From assembly GCA_038046625.1 (NCBI GenBank), contig JBBSVV010000034.1, forward strand, positions 1 through 13,227: a DNA stretch of 13,227 nt, read 5' to 3'. Source of the stretch: an archaeon (GTDB lineage: Archaea > Iainarchaeota > Iainarchaeia > Iainarchaeales > Iainarchaeaceae). How positions within the stretch are numbered: position 1 is the stretch's first letter; each line of letters starts with the position of its first letter. Made by a program: the position numbers and the translations under genes. This document shows positions 7,449-13,227 of this stretch, piece by piece. A model generated the notes under the pieces. The model was not told the origin of the DNA. It saw nothing but the letters and a program-made list of their open reading frames with translations, and ran no database searches.

Positions 7449-9212
7449 ATGGGAGAACTATTCAAAATAGCCGGCCCCGTTGTCACGGGAGAAAAAATGG
7501 CCGGCGCCAAAATGTACGACGTCGTCAAGGTCGGAGGGCTCAAGCTTATCGGCGAGATAATCAGGCTCGACGGAGACAGGGCAACAATACAGGTTTACGA
7601 AGACACCTCAGGCCTGAAACCCGGAGAAAATGTAGAGAACACCGAACTCCCATTGACAGTTGAACTCGGGCCCGGGCTTTTGGAATCGATTTACGACGGA
7701 ATCCAGAGGCCGCTCAAGGAAATAATGGCCAAAACAGGGAACTTCATCGGCCGCGGAGTGACCGCAAACGCCATAGACAAGCAGAAGAAATGGGAATTCG
7801 TTCCCATAAAAAAGAAAGGCGACAAGGTAAAGGCAGGGGACATTATCGGAACGGTGCAGGAAACCGGAATAATCGAGCACAAAATAATGGTTCCGCACAA
7901 CACTGAAGGCGAAATACTTGAAATCAAAAAAGGAAAATTTACGGTAGAAGAAACCGTTTGCATTGTGAAGGGCGCGAAAAGCGGCAAGCACGAGATTGCA
8001 ATGATGCAGCGCTGGGAAGTAAGAAAACCCAGGCCATACAACGAGAAACTTCCCCCTAACACGCCGCTCGTAACAGGGCAAAGGATTCTCGATACATTCT
8101 TCCCGATAGCGAAAGGCGGAACAGGGGCAATTCCGGGGCCATTCGGCTCGGGAAAAACAGTCACACAGCAGAGCCTCGCAAAGTGGAGCGACGCACAAAT
8201 AATAGTATACATCGGATGCGGGGAACGTGGAAACGAAATGACGGAAGTTTTGAGCGAATTCCCCGAACTCCTTGACCCGAAAACCAAGAAGCCGCTCATG
8301 CAGAGAACCGTTTTAATCGCGAACACCTCGAACATGCCGGTTGCGGCACGCGAAGCCTCGGTATACACAGGAATCACCATTGCCGAGTATTACAGGGACA
8401 TGGGTTATGATGTGGCATTGATGGCTGACTCAACATCTAGATGGGCGGAAGCAATGCGCGAAATCTCCGGAAGACTGGAAGAAATGCCGGGAGAAGAAGG
8501 ATACCCGACATACCTTTCAAGGCGCTTGGCGGAATTCTATGAAAGGGCAGGAAGGATAATTGCAGTCGGTTCTCCTGAAAGGACGGGTTCTATTTCGGTC
8601 ATTGGCGCGGTTTCGCCGCCCGGGGGAGACGTCTCGGAGCCTGTTTCGCAGAACACGCTGCGCGTAACAAAAGTATTCTGGGCACTTGATGCGAAGCTCG
8701 CGCAGAGGCGCCATTTTCCGGCAATCAACTGGCTCAAGAGCTACTCATTGTACACAAATACTTTGGGGCCGGAATTTGTAAAGGATGTGAGCGCGGACTG
8801 GGAAGACAACAGGAGAAAAGCAATGGCGCTCCTTCAAAAGGAAGCGGAGCTCCAGGAAATCGTTCAATTGGTCGGCCCTGATGCGCTGCCTGAAAAAGAG
8901 CAGTCAATCCTTGACGTGACGAGAATGATACGTGAGGATTATTTGCAGCAATCCGCATTCTCGGACATTGACGCGTCAAGCTCCCTGAAAAAGCAGGCGA
9001 AAATGCTCTCAACAATTCTGAGATTTTACACAAGGAGCGCCGACGCAATAGAACTCGGGGTCCAATTGAAGGACATCAAAACCCTGAAAGTCAGGGAAGC
9101 CATTGCAAGAATGAAGGAAATTCCGGAAAACGAGTTCGAGAAAAAATCGAGCGAAATAGTTTCTGAAATAGATTCGCAGTTCGAAAAGCTCGTCAAGGGA
9201 CTTGGAAGGTGA
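7449..9212 (+). CDS. atpA: A/V-type ATP synthase catalytic subunit A (no intein)
   Basis: Walker [46 protein letters not shown] and [17 protein letters not shown] precedes ATG 7449. Confidence 0.98.
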   Translation: MGELFKIAGPVVTGEKMAGAKMYDVVKVGGLKLIGEIIRLDGDRATIQVYEDTSGLKPGENVENTELPLTVELGPGLLESIYDGIQRPLKEIMAKTGNFIGRGVTANAIDKQKKWEFVPIKKKGDKVKAGDIIGTVQETGIIEHKIMVPHNTEGEILEIKKGKFTVEETVCIVKGAKSGKHEIAMMQRWEVRKPRPYNEKLPPNTPLVTGQRILDTFFPIAKGGTGAIPGPFGSGKTVTQQSLAKWSDAQIIVYIGCGERGNEMTEVLSEFPELLDPKTKKPLMQRTVLIANTSNMPVAAREASVYTGITIAEYYRDMGYDVALMADSTSRWAEAMREISGRLEEMPGEEGYPTYLSRRLAEFYERAGRIIAVGSPERTGSISVIGAVSPPGGDVSEPVSQNTLRVTKVFWALDAKLAQRRHFPAINWLKSYSLYTNTLGPEFVKDVSADWEDNRRKAMALLQKEAELQEIVQLVGPDALPEKEQSILDVTRMIREDYLQQSAFSDIDASSSLKKQAKMLSTILRFYTRSADAIELGVQLKDIKTLKVREAIARMKEIPENEFEKKSSEIVSEIDSQFEKLVKGLGR

Positions 9213-9217
9213 TTTGA

Positions 9218-10594
9218 ATGATGAAGGAATACCAGACAGTAACAAACGTCGAAGGCCCATTAGTGTTTGTGGACAAGGTCGAGAATGTAGGGTACAACGA
9301 AATAGTTGAAATCCAGCTGCCGAGCGGCGAAAAGAGGAAAGGCCAGGTCCTTGAAACTTCAAAGGGAAGGGCAGTGATACAGATATTCGGCTCCAATGCG
9401 GGACTTGACGCGCACAAAACCAAGGTAAAGTTTTTGGGAGAAACAATAAAAATGCCTGTTTCGGAGAACCTGCTTGGACGCATATTCAACGGGTTCGGAG
9501 AGCCAATAGACAAGGGCCCTCCTGTGGTTGCGGACAAGAAAGTGGATATCATGGGTGCCGCAATAAACCCCATGGCGAGAATGAGGCCTGAAGATTTCAT
9601 ACAAACAGGAATCAGTTCAATAGACGGCTTGAATACGCTTGTACGCGGACAGAAACTGCCCATATTTTCGGGCTCGGGATTGCCGCACAACGAATTGGCG
9701 GTGCAGATTGCGAGACAGGCGAAAGTAAGGGGAGAAGGAGAGAATTTTGCGGTCGTGTTTGCCGCGGTCGGAATAACACACGAAGAATCGAACTTCTTCA
9801 TGAAGGACTTCGAAAGGACAGGCGCACTCGAAAGAAGCGTGCTCTTCCTCAACCTCGCAAACGACCCGAGCGTGGAAAGAATAATCACGCCCAGATTGGC
9901 GCTCACAGCGGCAGAATATTTGGCATACGAAAAGGGAATGCACGTGCTGGTCATAATAACGGACATGACGAACTACTGCGAGGCTTTGAGGGAAATTGCA
10001 GGAGCACGCAAAGAAGTTCCCGGAAGGCGCGGTTACCCGGGATACATGTACACGGACCTCGCATCGCTTTATGAAAGGGCAGGAGTAATCAAGGGCAAGA
10101 AAGGTTCAGTAACGCAAATCGGAATCCTCTCAATGCCATCCGATGACATAACGCACCCGATACCAGACCTCACAGGATACATTACCGAAGGCCAGATTGT
10201 TTTGGGAAGGGAACTTCACAGAAAAGGAATCTCCCCGCCAATAGATGTTCTGCCATGCCTCTCGAGGCTCATGAACCAGGGAATAGGCAAGGGAAAAACG
10301 CGCGAGGACCACAGAGGAGTCGCGGACCAGCTTTACGCGGGATATGCACAAGGAAGGGATTTGAGAAGCCTTAGCGCGGTTGTCGGAGAAGAGGCATTGA
10401 GCGAAATCGACAGGAAGTATTTGAAATTCGCGGACGAGTTTGAGGCGAGGTTCATTACGCAAAGCGCTGATGAGGACCGCTCAATCGAGGAAACACTCGA
10501 TTTGGGCTGGGAACTGTTCTCAATCCTGCCGGAAGCAGAACTGAAAAGGGTAAAGGTTGAGCACATAGAGAAATACGGAAAAAAATTCCGCTAA
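9218..10594 (+). CDS. atpB: A/V-type ATP synthase subunit B
   Basis: [33 protein letters not shown] and [19 protein letters not shown]. Start could be 9218 or 9221. Confidence 0.98.
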   Translation: MMKEYQTVTNVEGPLVFVDKVENVGYNEIVEIQLPSGEKRKGQVLETSKGRAVIQIFGSNAGLDAHKTKVKFLGETIKMPVSENLLGRIFNGFGEPIDKGPPVVADKKVDIMGAAINPMARMRPEDFIQTGISSIDGLNTLVRGQKLPIFSGSGLPHNELAVQIARQAKVRGEGENFAVVFAAVGITHEESNFFMKDFERTGALERSVLFLNLANDPSVERIITPRLALTAAEYLAYEKGMHVLVIITDMTNYCEALREIAGARKEVPGRRGYPGYMYTDLASLYERAGVIKGKKGSVTQIGILSMPSDDITHPIPDLTGYITEGQIVLGRELHRKGISPPIDVLPCLSRLMNQGIGKGKTREDHRGVADQLYAGYAQGRDLRSLSAVVGEEALSEIDRKYLKFADEFEARFITQSADEDRSIEETLDLGWELFSILPEAELKRVKVEHIEKYGKKFR

Positions 10595-10649
10595 GCTTTT
10601 TCTTTCTCTTGCAAGAGAAAGGAAAAAGCTTAATCAAAAAGAAAGAGAA
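10592..10649. repeat. 41-bp near-perfect palindrome followed by a homopurine mirror repeat
   Basis: TAAGCTTTTTCTTTCTCTTG|CAAGAGAAAG(G)AAAAAGCTTA at 10592-10632, then AAAAAGAAAGAGAA at 10636-10649 mirroring the right arm. Confidence 0.9.
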
Positions 10650-10666
10650 GCAAATGGTGATTCAAA

Positions 10667-11302
10667 ATGGCCGAGGAAGTAAAAACAACGAGGCTCGAAC
10701 TGATAGAGATGCGCGGACGCATCAGGCTCGCAAAGAACGGGCACAAGCTCCTGAAGCAAAAGCGCGATGTCTTGGTGCTTGAATTCTTCAAAATAATGAA
10801 ACAGGCCAAGGACCTGCGCTCGGAACTCAATGAACGCATGAAAAAGGCATTCGAAGCGCTCGCGGTTGCACAGGCCTACCACGGAATCCTTGAAATGGAA
10901 AGCATCACAGGAGTTGTGCAGAAGGCTCCGCCCGTGCAGGTCGAGACCCGCAACGTAATGGGAGTGAACATTCCGAGCATCCGCACGGAATACGTGCAGA
11001 AAAAGGCGGGGCAAAGGGGCTACAGCATACAGGGAAGCTCCGCAAAAATAGATGAGGCTGCGGAAGCGTTCGAAAAGAGCCTTGAAATCGTCCTTAAATT
11101 GGCCGAAACCGAGAACGCGCTGAAAAGGCTGATTAAGGAAATCGAGAAAACCAAGAGGCGCGTAAACGCTTTGGATTACATCATGATTCCTGATTTGGAG
11201 AGAAAGGCAAAGTACATCATTCTCCGCTTGGAGGAAATGGAAAGGGAACAGTTCATTTCGCTGAAAACAATCAAAGCGAAACTGGAAAAGGAACAGGCTT
11301 AA
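10667..11302 (+). CDS. atpD: A/V-type ATP synthase subunit D
   Basis: KTTRLEL..LAKNGHKLLKQKRDVL, NVMGVNIP and EIEKTKRRVNALDYIMIP. SD GGTGA at 10656-10660. Confidence 0.97.
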   Translation: MAEEVKTTRLELIEMRGRIRLAKNGHKLLKQKRDVLVLEFFKIMKQAKDLRSELNERMKKAFEALAVAQAYHGILEMESITGVVQKAPPVQVETRNVMGVNIPSIRTEYVQKKAGQRGYSIQGSSAKIDEAAEAFEKSLEIVLKLAETENALKRLIKEIEKTKRRVNALDYIMIPDLERKAKYIILRLEEMEREQFISLKTIKAKLEKEQA

Positions 11303-11314
11303 AATAGCACATAA

Positions 11315-11346
11315 AATTACTTTGAAACCTCAAGTTTAAAGTAATT
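11315..11346. promoter_or_regulatory. Inverted repeat overlapping a TATA-like box (putative operator/promoter of the TA-like pair, or atp operon 3' hairpin)
   Basis: AATTACTTT(G)AAAC-ctcaa-GTTTAAAGTAATT. TTTAAA at 11335-11340 is about 25 nt upstream of ATG 11366. Confidence 0.55.
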
Positions 11347-11365
11347 CAACGAACACTATTAATCC

Positions 11366-11560
11366 ATGGTTCTTGAAGTAATGGAAAGGATTTGCATCCT
11401 AAGATATGACAATGAAAGAAGCAAAGGACACCACAAGCATTTCAGGGAAAAAGAATCAGAAATAAAGTTTACAAGCATTGAAGAGTTATTGAAAACATTT
11501 CTTGCAGAAGTTGAAAAAATCAGGAGGAGTGAAAATGAAAGTCAAGAATATAACGATTAA
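11366..11560 (+). CDS. DUF6516/TumE-like putative toxin, short and probably N-terminally truncated
   Basis: Motif LRYDNERSKGHHKH..E..FTSIEELL..F..EV recognised from memory of this family. Only 64 aa, with an in-frame TAA at 11360-11362 just upstream. Overlaps the downstream HTH gene. Confidence 0.7.
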   Translation: MVLEVMERICILRYDNERSKGHHKHFREKESEIKFTSIEELLKTFLAEVEKIRRSENESQEYND

Positions 11561-11900
11561 AATTGAAAGCCTTGAGGAAAGCGGAAAAAGGTTTGTCGAA
11601 GTTTACAACAAGGTAAGCAAAGGCGAAAAAGTCGAGCCGCAGGATATCCTCTCTTTTGAAACCGAGGAGCGGATGCACCAGATACTCACAAAGGAGAGAT
11701 TAAGAATACTCAAAGCCGTACGCGAAAAAGAGCCCAAAACGATTTACGCGTTCGCAAAACTACTCAAAAGGCCATACGCGAACGTCTTCAATGACGTGAA
11801 AAAGCTCACGGAAATGGGGCTTCTGGAGTTAGGAAAAGAAAACGGAAGCGTACAGCCAAAAGCGAAATATGACAGAATCAACATCACGATACCGCTTTGA
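11535..11900 (+). CDS. HVO_A0114-like winged-HTH DNA-binding protein (putative antitoxin)
   Basis: LSFET..MHQILTKERLRILKAVREKEPKTIYAFAKLLKRPYANVFNDVKKLTEMGLLE..P..KYDRINITI. SD GGAGG at 11523-11527 precedes ATG 11535. Confidence 0.85.
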   Translation: MKVKNITIKIESLEESGKRFVEVYNKVSKGEKVEPQDILSFETEERMHQILTKERLRILKAVREKEPKTIYAFAKLLKRPYANVFNDVKKLTEMGLLELGKENGSVQPKAKYDRINITIPL

Positions 11901-11908
11901 AACCTGAA

Positions 11909-12493
11909 TCAAATTTTCACGTAATGCAAAAGCAGAGTTCCGCCCTTATTCAGCTTCTCAACGGATTTCAATTTGAAATTCTTTGTTTCAACAGGCTTGT
12001 TGAACAAACCAAGGCCCTCGCCGAACACCAAAGGCTCAATAGTAATGTAGAGTTCATCGAGGAGGTTGTGGTCAAGGAAATAAGAGTAGATTTCCGGGCC
12101 TCCGAGGACGCAGACACGCGAATAATTTTTTCCCACAGCGAATTTCACGAAATCAACGTTCTGCGGATTCAGGAACAAAAGGCGCGCTGATTCTTGGCGC
12201 GTGGCTTCAACCGAGCGCGTGAACACAACAACATTCCTTTGTGAAAGCGGCTTCTGCGCGAGCTCATAGGACTTTCTGCCAACAACCATCACATCGCACG
12301 AATCCTCAATTTTATGGAGATGCTTCTTGTCTTCCTTGGAAGTCCAATTGCTCGCGTGCCCTGAATAACGAGCAATTTTTCCGTCTAGGGTCATTGCCGC
12401 AGCCGCTATGAAAACAATTTTGGAATTTTTATTTTCGGCAATTTTGGATTTGCACAAGTTTTTGGATTTTACTTTTGATTTTTTTGCTTTCAT
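11909..12493 (-). CDS. Dihydrofolate reductase / RibD C-terminal reductase family protein
   Basis: AAMTLDGKIA, VVGRKSYE and VLGGPEIYSYFL..LLDELYITIEPLVFGEGLGLF. ATGA overlap with the ybaK-like gene. Confidence 0.9.
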   Translation of the reverse strand: MKAKKSKVKSKNLCKSKIAENKNSKIVFIAAAAMTLDGKIARYSGHASNWTSKEDKKHLHKIEDSCDVMVVGRKSYELAQKPLSQRNVVVFTRSVEATRQESARLLFLNPQNVDFVKFAVGKNYSRVCVLGGPEIYSYFLDHNLLDELYITIEPLVFGEGLGLFNKPVETKNFKLKSVEKLNKGGTLLLHYVKI

Positions 12494-12951
12494 TTTCTGA
12501 CCTCCTCGATTGAAATGCCCTCGACATTGTCAAGTATCTCCTTCACCTTGACGCGCATCAGGTGCTGGGGGTCCCCGCCGCCGCAAACAACCTCGTCTTT
12601 TTTAGTTACAGCCTTGTCGATAATTGTGCTCATGCCATAAATCGAAATCGGGGGCACACCACCTACCTCATAACCAGTTATCTCAAAAACTTCCTTCTCC
12701 AAAGCCATGCGCACATCCTTTACATTAAGAAGTTCCTTGAGCTTCTGGAAATCAATCCTGTCCTTTCCCAAAAGAATCACGAGCACCGGTTCCTTGTTTG
12801 AATCAATGAGCACTATTGACTTTGCAACCGATTCAGGATCCCCATCCAATTCAGCCGCGGCCTTTGCGGCGGTGTGCACTTCAATTGTTGTCGCAAAAAC
12901 CTTTGCGGAAAGCCGGTTTATCTTAATGAAGCTCTCGAGCTCGTCCTTCAT
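12490..12951 (-). CDS. YbaK/EbsC-family aminoacyl-tRNA trans-editing deacylase
   Basis: VHTAAKAA, conserved Lys in VAKSIVL, TGYEVGGVPP and VVCGGG. Start set at ATG 12951 (MKDELESF), giving 153 aa. Confidence 0.92.
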   Translation of the reverse strand: MKDELESFIKINRLSAKVFATTIEVHTAAKAAAELDGDPESVAKSIVLIDSNKEPVLVILLGKDRIDFQKLKELLNVKDVRMALEKEVFEITGYEVGGVPPISIYGMSTIIDKAVTKKDEVVCGGGDPQHLMRVKVKEILDNVEGISIEEVRK

Positions 12952-13005
12952 AAAGAAAAAGGAAACCCCCAAAAAAATAAAAAAGGCGCCTGTTGATGCC
13001 AACAA
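12952..13005 (-). terminator. Weak hairpin plus T-rich tract downstream of metK (possible terminator)
   Basis: The minus strand reads TGTTG-GCAT-CAACA, then GGCGCC and T6/T7 runs. Confidence 0.35.
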
Positions 13006-13030
13006 TCCAAAAGGAATTACTACTGCGGAA

Positions 13031-13227
13031 TCAGAAACCCGTTTCCTTTTTCAGCTCGGCAACCTTGTCGGTTTTCTCCCAAGTGAAATCAGGGTCATTG
13101 CGACCGAAGTGGCCGTATGAAGCGGTTTTCCTGAAAATCGGGCGCTTCAAATTAAGGTGCTTGATTATCGCGGCGGGCCGGAAATCAAAGACCTTGTGCA
13201 CAACCTGCTCTAGTTTTTCATCGGGCA
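13031..13227 (-). CDS. metK: S-adenosylmethionine synthetase, bacterial/eukaryotic-type, C-terminal fragment (runs off the window)
   Basis: Manual translation gives ..[64 protein letters not shown], with the hallmark TAxYGHFGR..FxWEKTD. Stop at 13031-13033. Not in the ORF track. Confidence 0.93.
   Translation of the reverse strand, partial: PDEKLEQVVHKVFDFRPAAIIKHLNLKRPIFRKTASYGHFGRNDPDFTWEKTDKVAELKKETGF

Noticed and set aside
7608..9966. Long antisense ORFs (7608-8198, 7691-8380, 9193-9966 and similar ones opposite atpI/atpC/sufS)
   Set aside because: These are shadow frames of conserved genes with no recognisable motifs.
10576..10590. Small hairpin CGGAA-AAAAA-TTCCG at the end of atpB
   Set aside because: Only 5 bp and within coding sequence, so likely chance.
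7449..10594. Intein in atpA or atpB
   Set aside because: Lengths (587 and 458 aa) are normal and the motifs around the usual insertion sites are uninterrupted.
12952..13005. Hydrophobic signal-like N-terminus (MLASTGAFFIFLGVSFFF) on the YbaK protein
   Set aside because: This is a translation of a T-rich intergenic tract from a TTG. YbaK proteins are cytoplasmic and ATG 12951 gives the normal length.
11897..13120. + strand ORFs 11897-12190, 12562-12801 and 12707-13120
   Set aside because: They are antisense to the well-supported reductase, ybaK-like and metK genes.

Overview
Archaeal housekeeping window. The lineage is inferred, possibly DPANN such as Diapherotrites/Micrarchaeota, and is not proven. 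The + strand carries a membrane-anchored DsbA-like oxidoreductase with an atypical active site, a SufS-type cysteine desulfurase, an unknown 2-TM protein and a complete A/V-type (A1Ao) ATP synthase operon in the archaeal order H-I-K-E-C-F-A-B-D. An AT-rich DUF6516/TumE-like plus HVO_A0114-like toxin-antitoxin-type pair follows. Converging on the - strand are a DHFR/RibD-C reductase, a YbaK/EbsC trans-editing protein and the C-terminus of a bacterial-type MetK that the ORF track missed. The most unusual signals are: the shifted CxxC motif and Cys-rich membrane module of the DsbA-like protein; a 41-bp palindrome plus homopurine mirror repeat (cruciform/triplex geometry) between atpB and atpD; a hairpin and T-tract after atpK; a bacterial-type MetK in an archaeal context; and a truncated toxin behind a palindromic operator. 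No clearly new multi-gene system is demonstrated. The redox module is the best candidate.
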